Positions 10,022 through 21,931 of a stretch of 64,000 nt of DNA are shown in pieces. Under the pieces are notes generated by a model. The model saw only the letters and a program-made list of their open reading frames with translations, was not told the origin of the DNA and made no database searches. The stretch spans positions 416,001-480,000 of the forward strand of contig CAWJIE010000005.1 of the NCBI GenBank assembly GCA_963842885.1. The letters are read 5' to 3'. The stretch's first letter is position 1. Every line of letters starts with the position of its first letter. Origin of the DNA: an uncultured Nitrososphaerota archaeon (GTDB taxonomy: Archaea; Thermoproteota; Nitrososphaeria; Conexivisphaerales; DTJL01). The translations under genes and the position numbers were made by a program.

Positions 10022-10033
10022 GGGTTCGGGGCC

Positions 10034-10780
10034 TTGCCTCTGAGGCTCGTCCCGAACGAGCCAGCGCTTCTGATCGAGGACGACGGAGGCCTGCTCGTCA
10101 TCTCTGATCTGCATCTGGGCTACGAGCGGTCCTTGGAAGCCAGAGGGGTCCACATCCCCGAGCAGACCCGGCTCCTTGCCGAGAGGGTCAAGGCGATAGG
10201 TCGTGAATTCGGGGCGAGGAGGCTCGTAATCCTCGGAGACGTCAAACACGACATCAAGGGCTCCTCCTTCTTCACTTCCCTGGCCGTCACCAGCTTCTTC
10301 AGAGAGATGGAGGAGTTCAAGGAGCTCTACGTAGTTCCGGGCAACCACGACGGAGGTCTGGCCCCTCTCCTTCCGCCCAGGGTCAGGGTCGCCGGGGCGG
10401 GAGGCCTGGCGCTGGAGCTGGCTGAGGGGAGGGCTGGGTTCTTCCACGGGCACGCATATCCTTCGGCCGCAGTCTCTCGAGCCCGCGTGCTAGTCTGCGG
10501 CCACCAGCATCTGATACTCGCGAGGCAGGGGACGCACCAGGGGATCTGGGTGCGGCTGGCCTTCGGGCCCCCATCTCGCGAGCGCACGCTCATCGTGATG
10601 CCAGCCTTCAACACCCTGCTGTCAGGAGTCCCAGCCGCCGATTTCTCCCCCGAGAGGTGGAGGCCCGTCCTGAGTACCTTCCTTGAGGGCCGGCACAGGG
10701 CTGAGGTCTTCCTCCTGGACGGTTCGAAGCTCGGGAGCCTGGATGGCTTGGCTGGAAGGCTCGAGGTGGAAGCGGACTGA
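10034..10780 (+). CDS. Metallophosphoesterase (calcineurin-like)
   Basis: DLHLG, GDVKH, GNHD, HGH, GHQH motifs. Confidence 0.9.
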   Translation: MPLRLVPNEPALLIEDDGGLLVISDLHLGYERSLEARGVHIPEQTRLLAERVKAIGREFGARRLVILGDVKHDIKGSSFFTSLAVTSFFREMEEFKELYVVPGNHDGGLAPLLPPRVRVAGAGGLALELAEGRAGFFHGHAYPSAAVSRARVLVCGHQHLILARQGTHQGIWVRLAFGPPSRERTLIVMPAFNTLLSGVPAADFSPERWRPVLSTFLEGRHRAEVFLLDGSKLGSLDGLAGRLEVEAD

Positions 10781-10825
10781 TCCTCCCGCGCGGTTCTTAC
10801 ATGGCGCAGAACGGATATTAGATGA

Positions 10826-13157
10826 GTGCTGGAAGGTCTGGGAGAAGACAACATCCTCATGAAGCATTTGTCCCACTTCCCAGGTGGCAAAGTCGGGCGT
10901 TCCGCCAAGATCGCGAGCTGCGTCGTGCTAGTCCTGTTCCTACTCTTCGGTTCGCTGCAGCTCGGATCAGCGCGTCTGTCCCCGGCCGATCAGACCTACG
11001 TGATCGTGATGAGGGGAAGTGCCGGGCTCGCCACTCTCCAGCGTTCCATGGACCTCTTCAGTGGCCTCGCCGAGTCAGGGATTCAGGTCGATGTCCTGCG
11101 CTACTTCAACAGCCTCGGGGTCGGGGGCGTGTTCAACTCCTCTAGCGAGGTGGCCTCGAAGATCGGGAGCCTCCTCCGGCCGATGGTGCTGCTCCAGTCG
11201 GGTCCGGTCAGCCTGGGCACCGACGCGATTCTCTCCGGCGAAGCCGTGGACGGCTTTGATTATTCAATCGACAGCAACGTCACGGGGGCGGGCGTCAAGG
11301 TCGCCGTGATTGACACAGGAGTGGACTACACTCATCCAGCGCTGGGCGGAAGCATGGGAGTGAAGGTCGTGGGTGGATACAACTTCGTCAACAATAGCTA
11401 CGATTTGATGGACGAAGACGGCCACGGCACGGCCGTCAGCGGAATTATCGCCGGAAACTCCTCCACGTTCAAGGGGGTGGCACCCGGCGCGCAGCTTCTC
11501 GTATACAAGGTCTTTTCGAACGGGACGACCTCCACCCAGCTCATAGTGGAAGCGCTCGACCAGGCTGCGAAGGACGGCGCCAAGGTGGTCAACCTGAGCC
11601 TGGGAGGGGGTTTCACTTCAGCCTCCCTCAACTCGCTGGGTGAGCTTCTCTACTCTCAGGGCATCGAGCTGGTGGCGGCCATCGGCAACGACGGGCCAGA
11701 CTCGGCCAGCACCGAAGCCCCCGGGGACCTCCAGTACTATCTCGGCGTGGGCGCTTCGGTGAGCCTCGCCACGACGGACCCCCAGGCCGAGGCCATGATC
11801 GGCGGCAGCGTCCTTGAAACCGCTATCCCCATGAACGACACGCCCCTCTCAGCCGGTGTGCTCAGCGGGCCGACGACTTTCATTGGCAACGCGAAGCCCA
11901 GCCAGGTGGCGGGGCTGAACCTGACTGGCCGGATAGCCGTCGCCTTAAGGGATCACATTACTCTTTTCTCGACGATGGAGCAGGACGCCGCCAGCGCGGG
12001 CGCCATGGCGCTGATCGTCGTCAACGACTCCCCTCTCAGCTTCACTGAGAATGGGACGACGGGTGGGCCGGCCCTTGCCTCCAACAGCTCGTCGTACAGC
12101 CCTAGGATTCCCGTCGTGGCCATATCCGGTGCCGAGGGAAGCGCCATAGCCAAGTCCTCTGGCGACGGCACAAACGTCTCCCTGGCGGTCTTCAAGCCCT
12201 CCAGCACGCTCTATCCCGCTGAGTTCTCCTCCATCGGTCCGGCCGACGATTTCACCATCAAGCCCGAGGTCCTCGCCCCGGGCGACTCCGTCGTGGTTCC
12301 CCTCTTTGGTTCGTCCGGATACGTGGAGGGGTCCGGAAGCAGCTTCTCAACCCCGCAGGTGGCGGGGACGCTCGCCCTCCTGGCCCAGATCCACCCTAAC
12401 ATCACCGCGGAGGAGGCCTTCTCCATGGTCACCCTGAGTGCCACCGTGGGCCAGGGCTATTTCGGCACCTTCCCCCTCGAGGTCCAGGGGGCTGGCATCC
12501 TAAACGTCAGCAGGACGGTGAGCCTGCCGTTCTTCCTGGACCTCCATTACCTCATGTTGTTCCCGTCCACTGGGCATGCCTACTCCCAGGATCGTGGAAG
12601 TGACTGCCTTCCAGGGGGGCTCTTCGCTGTCCTTGTCCTACACGGGAAGCTATCCGCTGAACTTCTCCTTCACCCCCTCCGGAAACGGCTCCTCGACTTT
12701 CACGGTGACGGCGCCTCCCTCCTCCTCTCTCGACCAGAGCGAAGACCACGTGATGCTGAGCTGGGGGGGCTCCATCTACAACCTGCCCGTGCGCCTGGTC
12801 CCCGGCTCCTTCTGGCTGGGCTACGACGCCGCTTCAGGGGAGCTCTATTCGTCGTATCAGGGCTCGAGCGATGCCGTCCTGACCATAGTGAGGCCCGACG
12901 GCTCGATCCTGCAGGGGACCCTGTCTTCGACGCATAACTTCTCGCTGCTGCCCGACCTCACGGGCTTCTACAGGGTAACGCTGTCGCTATCGGGCTCAGG
13001 CGGCCTCCAGGTCGGTCATCTGATAGTCCTGTCCGGCGCGAGCTCACAGCCAGGCGGGGCCTTCGGGGCTGGAGGAGTTCCCGGACTTCGTCCCTCTGGG
13101 GGTAATCATCTTCTTCGGGCTGGTGGTCTTCGTCGCCCTCGCGGTCTACGCCCTTGA
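10826..13157 (+). CDS. Secreted S8 subtilisin-like protease with PA domain (frameshifts near 12585 and near the 3' end)
   Basis: Signal/TM segment; triad VAVIDTG / GHGT / GSSFSTPQVAG; PA insert; frame continues in ORF 12576..13157. Confidence 0.88.
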
Positions 13158-13168
13158 GGCGCGAGTCG

Positions 13169-14393
13169 TCAGAACTGCAGCGCCACCGTTGGCTCGTGGG
13201 CCTTGACGGAGCGCAACCTTCGCGCCAGGTTGGCCCTCAGCTCCTCTATAGTGGAGAACCTCTTCACCACCCTGCCCTCCCTGATCATGGGAGAAAGCAG
13301 CGAGACCTCCCCCTTCGGCACTCGACTCTCGCTCCTGACCAGGGTGTCCTTCATCGTCGAGGGGTCCCTGTGGACGTCCTTGGCCCCCGAGAGGTCGCCC
13401 CTCTTGGCCCTTGGGACGAGCTTCCCGTCCTTGTCCTCGATCTCCACCAGCTTCATGTTGAAGTCGATCGTGGGCGCGCAGGCGACGCTGGTCCCGACCC
13501 CGAAGCCGTCCACGACGTCACGCAGCTCTCTGACCTCCTTTTCATCGATGCCTCCGGACACGAATATCTTGACCTTCTTCGCGCCGCGGACGTTCAGCTC
13601 CCACCTCACCTCTTCGATGATCTTCCGCCATTCGCCACGTCGCGTCGACGGCGTGTCCAGCCTCACGGCGGCCAGCCTGTTCGCCGAGCGTCTCCCAAGC
13701 GAGGATGGCCTCCGTCTTCTCGTCGAAGAGCGTGTCGGCGAGGGCGATGCGCGGGATGCCCTTAGGGAGGGCCTCGTCGAAAGCCCTCCAGGCGTCGGCC
13801 TGAGAATCGAAGCAGAGGATGAACGAGTGGGGCATGGTTCCCGACGCGGCTATCCCCAGCAGCTCGGCGCCGATGGTGTTGGAGACGCCGTCGAAGCCCG
13901 CCATGTAGGCCGCCCTTTCGATGAGGGGCGCCAGAGCCGGGTGGGCCCGCCTCGTCCCGAAGCTCAGGAGGCTCTTGTCGCCCGCCAGCAGCTTGATCCG
14001 GGCCGCCTTCGTCGAGAACCCGCTGCTGCTGCAGAGGAAGCCGAGGATGGGCGTCTCGAACCTAGCGAAGTACCTGTACCTCCCCCTGATCCTCAGTACG
14101 GGCTCGTAGGCGGCTGTGTCCCTGGATGTCACGAAGACCTCGCCTTCCTCCATGGCGTCCACGTCCACGGGGAGGCCTTCAAGGAGCTTGGCCACTTCGT
14201 ATATGCCCGTGACGACGCCCCATTCGCTGTCGTAGGGCACGTGCCGCGTGTAGACCTCCATGGTGACCATGGGGTTCATCTCCCTCATCTTGAGGGCCTG
14301 CTCAGTGTTGAGGAAGTAGAAGTCGGTGACCGCGCCGCCCTTGATCTCCTCGTCCTTCGCCACCCAGAAGATCCTGTCAGAAAGGTCGTTCAA
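13169..14393 (-). CDS. pncB: Nicotinate phosphoribosyltransferase (frameshift near 13680)
   Basis: TDFYF, SFGTRR, GTMPHS, RLDTPS, SGG, GFGVGT motifs across two ORFs. Confidence 0.92.
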
Positions 14394-14513
14394 GGAGTAT
14401 CTCCAACCTGCCCCTTTATGCGAAGAGACGTTCCCTTCGGCGCATCTTTAAGTCTTCTCTCGACGTCTGCGGCGTGCAAACCTTTATGAAAACCGCCATT
14501 CGACGATTCGTCC

Positions 14514-15292
14514 ATGCTGCGGTCCCCCGTGCGTGACCTCGACCTCCTCGCGAAGTATGAAGAGGTCAAGGTGTTCATCCGAGGCGAGCTGAGAAGGTCC
14601 GGCGCGGAGGGCCTCGTCATAGGGCTGAGCGGTGGGCTGGACTCTTCCATGGCGCTGAAGGCGTGCGTCGACTCCGTCGGGGCAGGCCCGGTCCTGGGCC
14701 TCCTTCTCCCCGAGTCGGGCCTGACTCCCGAGGCGGACATGGCCGACGCGACTTCGCTGGCCTCGGCACTAGGGGTGGCAACCAAGAAGGTCGGCATCGG
14801 GCCCATCGTGGAGGCTTTCTCCAGGTTTCTACCCGAGCAGAGGCTGGCGAAGGGAAACCTCAAAGCCCGTGTCAGGATGTCCCTACTTTACTACTTTGCC
14901 AACCTGCAGTCGAAGCTCGTCGTCGGGACGGGCGACAGGAGCGAGATACTCCTTGGCTACTACACGAAGTAGGGGGACGGTGGCGCCGACCTCCTCCCTC
15001 TGGGTGGCCTCTACAAGACGGAGCTCAGGGTCCTGGGGCGCCGCCTGGGCCTGCCCGCCTCTATCGTCGAGAAGCCCAGCAGCCCAAGGCTCTGGGCGGG
15101 CCAGACGGCGGAGGGGGAGCTGGGCCTTTCTTATGAGAAGGCCGACAGGATCCTCGTACTTCTGACTGGAGGAGGGCCTTTCGCCGGCGGACGCCAAGGC
15201 GAGGCTTTCTGCTGGCCGTGAGGTGGATGCGGTCGCGGAGAAGGATCGCCAACACTTCGCACAAGAGGGAAATGCCACACATCTGCCGATAG
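14514..15292 (+). CDS. nadE: NH3-dependent NAD+ synthetase (in-frame TAG at 14970 plus 3' frameshifts)
   Basis: GLSGGLDS, GNLKARVRM, GYYTK*GDGG, KPSSPRLW.GQT.E.ELG, HKR motifs. Confidence 0.9.
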
Positions 15293-15388
15293 GGTTAGTA
15301 AATTGGTAAAACCGCTTCGGAAAGGTTAAAATAATGCTGTAGGTAACCTACTATGACGGGCCGAGGTTAGGGAGGCCCACAATCACAC

Positions 15389-16512
15389 ATGCCACTTCCA
15401 GAGGACGACCCAGCAGCAAAGATAGTCAGAGCCATAATTCAGGTCGGGCCGGGCAACTATTCTCTCATCTCAAGACTGACAGGTATACCGCCCGAGACCG
15501 TCCGATACAAGATCAAGAACCAATTATATCGCAGGGGGGTGGCGATTCACGCCCTCGTCGACGCGGAGAAATTCGACCTCCAGAGGTACATCGTCATGAT
15601 TAGCTTCTCCGACAGCTACCAGGCGATTGCGAAGTACATACTCCAGTCGCTTCACGAGTTGGCCTATCTGACGTATTACTCAGCGCAACTCATGTCGAAG
15701 GAGTACTATTGCGTCTTCCAGACGCCGAAACAATACAAGACGCAGATGATGGAGTTCCTCGACGAGATGGTGAACCTGAGCATCCTGACGGGCTACTCTC
15801 TGAAGCCCATCATCTGGGTGAACTACCTTTCGCTCAGGCCCGAGTTCTACGACTTCCAGGAGGGGCGCTGGGACATAGATTGGCAGGCCCTTTCCCTCTC
15901 CACCGAAGTCCCCAAGATAGTCACCGCGACGGACTACGGGAAGAACGAGTTCGACAGGATGGACATACTCCTCGTCAAGGAGCTGGCGATCAACTCTCTC
16001 AGTACGGTCGCCGAGATGTCCAAGAAGCTCAATATCAACGTGAAGACGCTTCAGTACCACTACAACAGCCACGTCCTCGAGCGGAAGATGATCACCAAGT
16101 ACATCGTCAGATGGATGGGTGACCTCGAGAGCATCAAGAAGCACAGAATCATATACGGAAGGGTCTTCGCCAAGGACTTGAGCCAGAGTCAGCTCCAGGA
16201 CATCACGGAAGGCCTTCTACACCATACCCTTCACCTGGTCGGAGGCCGCCGCCGGGAACAGGGACCTCTACCTCGTCGAGCTGGCCGTTCCCGTCGAGCA
16301 CTACCTTTACGTCCAGTACTTCCTTAACAACAGCCTCGGGTCGCTCGCGCGAGCGCCTCGACTTCAAGACCATCGACGTCGGCAACTCCCTCGCCTTCAC
16401 GATCCCGCACTCCCTTTACGATTCGGTGGCCGGAGCATGGTCCTTCCCGCTGGACGAGAACGTGAGGAAGCTCCAGAACCTCAGGGAAGCCCTCAAGCAG
16501 AACCCCGGCTAA
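15389..16512 (+). CDS. Lrp/AsnC-like tandem wHTH regulator (frameshifted near 3' end)
   Basis: Two HTH modules (ISRLTGIPPETVRY; EMSKKLNINVKTLQYH). Confidence 0.75.
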
Positions 16513-16564
16513 TCGAAGGCAGGAACGCCGTTTCTACACTAGTTGCGCAGCGACACGCCAAGCG

Positions 16565-17551
16565 TCAGAAATGAGGCCGGCGTACTGCACCACCGTGTAC
16601 AGTCACGGTGGCCGCGACGTAGAAGAGCAGTTGCAGGAGGAGGGACCTCTCGAGCCGCATCCCATATGTGCTGGAGACGTAGGTCGCCCCCAGCACCATG
16701 GAGAAGCCCTGGATGAGGACGGCCAGGATCAGGTAGAGCAACCCCAGGCCCCCGGCGCTCGTGGGGCCGAAGATGGAAGCAGCCAGGGGGAAGAGCAGGT
16801 AGGGAGCGTAGACCACCCCGGAAGCGAAGAGCCCGGGCGCGTTCGTACCCCTGCCTGAGATGAGGTAGGAGGAGGCAAGGCAGTAGAGGAGGTAGATTAG
16901 CATGCTGGTTGGGAAAAGCAAGACGTCCACCCAGTCGGGGAAGACGGAGACCCCGAAATGCATGAGGAGGAGGGCTTGGCCGCCGAAGTGGGAAAGGGCG
17001 CCTCCCACGGCAGCCACGGCCATCCAGACCACAACCGTCTTCATCATGGAGCCTTCCAGGAGGGCGAAGACCCACCCGGGGAAGATGCGGAGGGGACGGG
17101 AGGCCCTGGGATGCGGGAGGCCTTCCCTCTCGGCCAGAGACGAGTACAGCTTCATGCCTTCCTTGCTGAGTAGGTACCTCCTCGACCCGTCCTGAGTCAC
17201 TAGGCCCCTGAGGACGTCGAGGTGGTAGTAGAGGGTCCCCACGGGCAGCCCCGTCTCCGATCTCAGCTCCGAAAAGGCCATGGAGTCGTGGGTGCCCAGG
17301 AGCTCCACTATCCTCCGGCGGGAGGGGTGGTCGAGGGCCCTGTATTCGTCGCTCGGGAGCCGCTCGGAAGGCACGGAGACGGGTCGGCCGGTCGACGATA
17401 TAACTCGTTCTCCAGGGCTGGGATGGGCTCGCCGGCTCTCCGGGAGCGTCTCATCATGCCTGTTTGCTAAAACCCAAAGGCTTGTCGGACTGCCATCTGG
17501 GAGTCTGCTGGTTTTCTGAACCGTATATAATAAAGCCCAGCCAACGGCCAA
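16565..17551 (-). CDS. ArsR-type HTH fused to a multi-TM domain (start uncertain)
   Basis: ALDHPSRRRIVELL...GTLYYHL followed by about 5 TM helices. Confidence 0.75.
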   Translation of the reverse strand: MAVGWALLYTVQKTSRLPDGSPTSLWVLANRHDETLPESRRAHPSPGERVISSTGRPVSVPSERLPSDEYRALDHPSRRRIVELLGTHDSMAFSELRSETGLPVGTLYYHLDVLRGLVTQDGSRRYLLSKEGMKLYSSLAEREGLPHPRASRPLRIFPGWVFALLEGSMMKTVVVWMAVAAVGGALSHFGGQALLLMHFGVSVFPDWVDVLLFPTSMLIYLLYCLASSYLISGRGTNAPGLFASGVVYAPYLLFPLAASIFGPTSAGGLGLLYLILAVLIQGFSMVLGATYVSSTYGMRLERSLLLQLLFYVAATVTVHGGAVRRPHF

Positions 17552-17677
17552 CTAACGCCCGATGCGCTTTGGGAAAATGCTAAGGTCGGGGGGAAAGAGA
17601 TATCTTAACAACTATGAAACTATATAGTAGCCAGCAAAAGGTTATAAGCTGCCCAATAGTATGGGGGTATTGGTAAT

Positions 17678-18483
17678 ATGATGTCCGCTGACGCTGCCGG
17701 AAACTCAGTCTACTGGGTCCAGGAGCCCCAGAAGGGCGCTCAGATCTTCGAGATGTATATCACGCTGAGGAACACACCTGGAACGCTGAACCACATAACC
17801 ACCATACTGGCAGAGCACGGGGTCAACGTGCTGAAGGGCCAAATCTTCACGGAAGGCGACAAAGGCTACTTCGCCGTCTTCGTCGCCTGCACCTCTAGTG
17901 CCTTGATCGACGAGATAACCTCGAAGATCAAGGCCCTGGAGGACGTCTTCGACGTGAAGCATGAGAACAGCTACGTAGACGTCTTCATGTACCCTCTCTC
18001 CTCAGGGAGCCAGAGGGCCCTCATCTTCTCCGCCAACGCCGTCTACTCGTCTTACGCCACCCTGGAGAAGGTCCTCGGACTGGGACCCGCCAGGGTGATC
18101 GTGTACAACTCCGGCTACCAGCTCGGCTACGAGCTGGCAAGCTTCCTGAGGAAGACGACAGGGGTCAACTCGTGGAAGGAATCGGTTGACCTGTTCGTCA
18201 AGGCCTTCAAGGCTTCCGGGTTGGGAGTGATCTCCACCAATCACTTCAGGGAGGAACCCTTCGAAGCGGAGGTCAAGGTCAAGAACTTCCTCATCCTCGA
18301 CAATCCCAGCCTACCTTACAGCCCGGTCTTGTGCGACTCTGGCCAAGGGCATCGTGTCGGGTGCCTTTGCCTTCATCACTTCTCGCCCGGTGATGGCTGA
18401 AGAGGTAGCATGCCAGCTCAAGGGGAACGAGAGCTGACATCTACTGGATAAGGGAAGCAAATCAACATCCTCATCCTATATAA
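17678..18483 (+). CDS. ACT domain + V4R-domain ligand-binding protein (3' frameshifts)
   Basis: NTPGTL..I..ILAEHGVNV ACT; SGLG and C-terminal E..C..KG..C V4R pattern in shifted frame. Confidence 0.75.
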
Positions 18484-18946
18484 AAAAGTGAACAAAACAC
18501 ACAAAAGGATGATGAATTCGAGCAGGGCAGTCATGACCTTTACCAAAAAGGAAAAACTTATCTACAAGTGGGTCTGATACTGTTGACGGTGGAACGTTAA
18601 GTTGGAAAAGAATGAGAAGATGCTGGCCCTTGCTGTAGCAGGATCTGCCGTTGCCGCGGTCGCTGTCGCGGCTGCTCTGGGCGTACCGGTCCAGAAGATC
18701 CTCCAGGACGCCGTGGGCGGCGTTCTCAGCATCGGTTAGAATAGGACATCTCACTCAAAGGCACCCCTCTTTGATAGAGGGTGCTTTGCAAGTTTTCGCC
18801 GTTTCGGTTCCTATCATTATGAATTGTCGTTTTGAGTCAACGTCTCCAAGGGGGTTCCCTATTCCTCGGTCTCCTTGGTTCTTCGTATGCAGAGCTGATG
18901 CTGGTGTGACAAGGTGAAAAAGAAAGGAATGGATGGAGGTGCCCCT

Positions 18947-20090
18947 TCAGTACTGGAGCTTCGGCTCCACCATTCTCTTGCGTGCTGCCAGTGTCAGCGC
19001 GGCGACTCCAAGGATGACTACGGCGCTTGCCGCCATGAAGTATAGTCCTGGGAGTGCGTTGGCCACGGCGGTCGAGGATGCGGGTACCTGCAGGGACGGG
19101 ATGTTTGATAGGACTGGGCTGCCTGAGCCGACTCCGATGATCGGGTCGTCAGTGATGCTGCTTCCGTGTGGGTAGTTCATCTGGACCTCTTGGATGGCTC
19201 CGCTGTCCTTGCTCGTCTGGTTGGAGACCACCGACACCGTGCTGCCGTCGACCGTGGCGGTGCTGGCCCAGGTGAAGTATGCGAAAGCGTTCTTGTAGTT
19301 GATGGCCGTCGTCTGGTTGTCAGCCCTTGTGACTTGGGCGGATGACGAAACGCCACCGAAGGCAGAGAACAGTGCCAGCCTGCTGGTGGTGCTGTTCCAT
19401 GGGAAGTTGTTGATGATGAAGTCGACCTTGACCTCCGTCGGGGAGATGGGCACTCCGTTGCTCAGGACTACGCCGGTGTTGTAGACCTGTGCGACGATTT
19501 CGATGGTGCCACCCTCGTACGGAGCCGTGAGGGTGATGTTGTAGCCGGTGGAGCTGCCAGACGTGATGGACTCCGTTGCCGAGCGTCCAGGTCAGCTCGT
19601 TGAAGTTGACGATCTGCAGTGCGGTGTCGGTCCCGTTCGTGAAGAGGCCGTCACCGTTGTTGTCGTTGTATTCGACCAGCCCCTGGATGGACAGGAGTCC
19701 CGCCACCCAGTCGGTAGTCCTTGTCGTGTCGACCTTGGTGGAGTTGAGAGATGCGGTGAGGATTGAGGGGTATCCGTCAACGCGGAATCCGTTTTGGTTG
19801 ACTGAAAGGTAGAAGACCTGAGTGCTGTTCCCCGAGTTCACCGAGGTGAAAGTGGAGAATCCCAGGCCTGAGAATGGCGATAGACTGTAGATCGATTCGA
19901 AGTTCTTGAGCTTCTGCTGCCTCTGCTGCATCATTTGCTTCAGCTGTTGTCCGACGCCGTTGCTTCTGGCCACCGCCGACGTAGCCGTGGCCGCGAATGC
20001 TGATACTGATAGGAGAGCGACGATAGCGATCGTCGCCAGTGCGAATTTGCTGTTCGTGTGTCTTTTACCTCCTTGAGCAAGCAGTTGCAT
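18947..20090 (-). CDS. Secreted Ser/Thr-rich surface protein with C-terminal TM anchor (frameshift near 19580)
   Basis: Signal peptide, EYNDNNGDG Ca-binding-like motif, K.DF.I..FPW and DP.IG motifs, C-terminal TM plus basic tail. Confidence 0.7.
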
Positions 20091-20224
20091 GGAGGGTATT
20101 TAATGGGGGTCGCTCTAGAACGCCCCTAGAACCCTTTCCCGGGGCGTTCGAGTCCTCTGGAACTTGCATGAGACGGGCTAACTTCTTTCCGCCTTCCGCC
20201 ATGCTTTAATCCATCCCGGGGCAA

Positions 20225-20740
20225 ATGGAGGCGTCGACCGACATGCTCCTTTCAGACGTCGAGATAGAGAGGCGGGTGAAGGACGGAAGCCTGAAGGTGG
20301 CCCCTTTCGACCGGAAATGCGTCACCCCGAACGGACTCGACCTTCGCATCGGCGACGAGGCGGTCATCCTCCTTCCCGGGCCTGAGTATTCCTCCAAGAA
20401 GGTCGCCATCTCGGACCGCCTGGAGCTCCCCGCCGGCAGCGTCGTCCTCCTTCTCACCCTCGAGAAGCTGGAGCTCCCGATGGACCTCGTGGCCCACGTC
20501 AACCTCAGGAGCACCTACGCCCGCCAGGGGTTCCTGCTCCCCGGGACCGTGGTCGATGCCGGCTACAGGGGGAGGCTCACGCTGCAGGTCCATTCGCCGC
20601 CCTTCCCCACGGCGCTCACTAAAGGGGAGCGCTTCTGGCACCTCCTCTTCCATGAAGCCCACCCCGCCACATCCGGCTACCGCGGTCGTTACCAGGACAG
20701 CGAAGGGATAGTCGAAGGCCTGGGCGGTTCGAAGTCCTGA
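20225..20740 (+). CDS. dcd: dCTP deaminase/dUTPase family protein
   Basis: LSD.EI, PNGLDLRIG, LRSTYARQG, VDAGYRG, YRGRYQ. Confidence 0.88.
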   Translation: MEASTDMLLSDVEIERRVKDGSLKVAPFDRKCVTPNGLDLRIGDEAVILLPGPEYSSKKVAISDRLELPAGSVVLLLTLEKLELPMDLVAHVNLRSTYARQGFLLPGTVVDAGYRGRLTLQVHSPPFPTALTKGERFWHLLFHEAHPATSGYRGRYQDSEGIVEGLGGSKS

Positions 20741-20792
20741 CGGTGGCCGTCGATGGCAGCTGACCGCATGAAAAATGGCGGTGGCGGATCGG

Positions 20793-21074
20793 CTACTGAG
20801 CTTCCTTCAGCGTGAACACGAACCTGGCGCCTTGGAACTCTTCTTCGCCCACTCGCTTCCAGTCGATGGAATACTTCTTCGACTCCCTCGAGCCGATGAC
20901 TTCGACGGTCTTCGGGAGCTTCTCCCACAGCACCTCTACCTTGGTTGGGTCCCTCGTGGAAAGGAGCGAGCGCCTCCTCTTCATCAGGTACTTTATGGCG
21001 ACTTTCTGGTAATCATATCCTTCAACGTCGATCCTCTCGGAGCCCGTGTCTATCGTGAACGTTCTCTTTACCAT
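20793..21074 (-). CDS. Small conserved hypothetical protein
   Basis: 93-aa ORF with ATG start and typical codon usage. Confidence 0.7.
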   Translation of the reverse strand: MVKRTFTIDTGSERIDVEGYDYQKVAIKYLMKRRRSLLSTRDPTKVEVLWEKLPKTVEVIGSRESKKYSIDWKRVGEEEFQGARFVFTLKEAQ

Positions 21075-21226
21075 GTGATGAGCTCTCCTGTTGACAATCC
21101 GTATCCCTGCGTGGCGTTAAAAGACTTTTGCACTGTCAAGGGTTCAGGCCTCTGCGTCCGCCTCTGCTGGGCGTCGGATGCCGAATGGGGTTCCTGGTTC
21201 CAGGGAGACACGAGCATCGGCCTCTT

Positions 21227-21875
21227 TTACGTCGCCTTGCAGGCGGCAGACCGCCCTCGTCCGTTCGAGCGTCTCGGCGAGAGCTTCCCGGAGTGCGTGG
21301 CCAGGCCGCAGAAGGCCAGGTACTCAGGCTTCGTTATCATGGCGTCCTGCGTGAGCTCCCTGAAGGCCTCGTCGGGCGTCTCCTGGGCTCCCTTCTCAAG
21401 GATGAGGCGGATGGATTCGTAGAGCTCCCAGGGGTAGATTATCCAGGAGTCGGTCTCGACGACGAAGAAGTCCGGCCTGAGCTTCGACCAGGGCTTAAAG
21501 TGGACAGTGGCGGTCCTCACGTCGGCGGCGCCGTCCCGTCTGAGGAGGTCGATCAGCGCCAGGAGCGAGTCCCCCTGGTCGGAGACGTCGTCGACCACCA
21601 GGACCCGCTTTCCCTCGACGTCGCCCCTGCTGAGGCGCCGGATCCTGATCGTGTTCGTACGAAGCGATGCCGGTGTACCTTTCGACCGCCGGCACCACGT
21701 AGGGGATCTTGATCTCCCCCGCGGCGTAGAAGTCCTGGAGGCATCTCAGCACGAACAGCCCTCCCCTGCCGACGCCGACGTTGACGTCGGGGGACCAGCC
21801 GCTGGACCGGATGGAGTTGAAAAGCTGCAACGCGTCGGCCCTGATTTCGTCATAGGACGGCTTGATGAACTTCAA
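21227..21875 (-). CDS. Purine phosphoribosyltransferase (type I PRT), frameshifted
   Basis: GVGRGG, VLVVDDVSDQGDSL, PDF...WIIYPWE across two frames. Confidence 0.85.
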
Positions 21876-21931
21876 ACGGGCTTCCTTAGAAGGAGTGGTG
21901 CAGTACTAAAGGCTAGCCCCAAAGTGAAGGT

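Noticed and set aside
13203-14489. Long antisense ORFs (e.g. 428 aa opposite pncB, 319 aa opposite the SMC operon)
   Set aside because: Shadow frames expected from high GC3; the recognisable proteins are on the other strand.
18448-18520. GGAAGCA followed by an A-rich tract as another motif copy
   Set aside because: Only 7 of 12 contiguous bases match, CTAG is absent, and it lies in the probable 3' end of the V4R gene.
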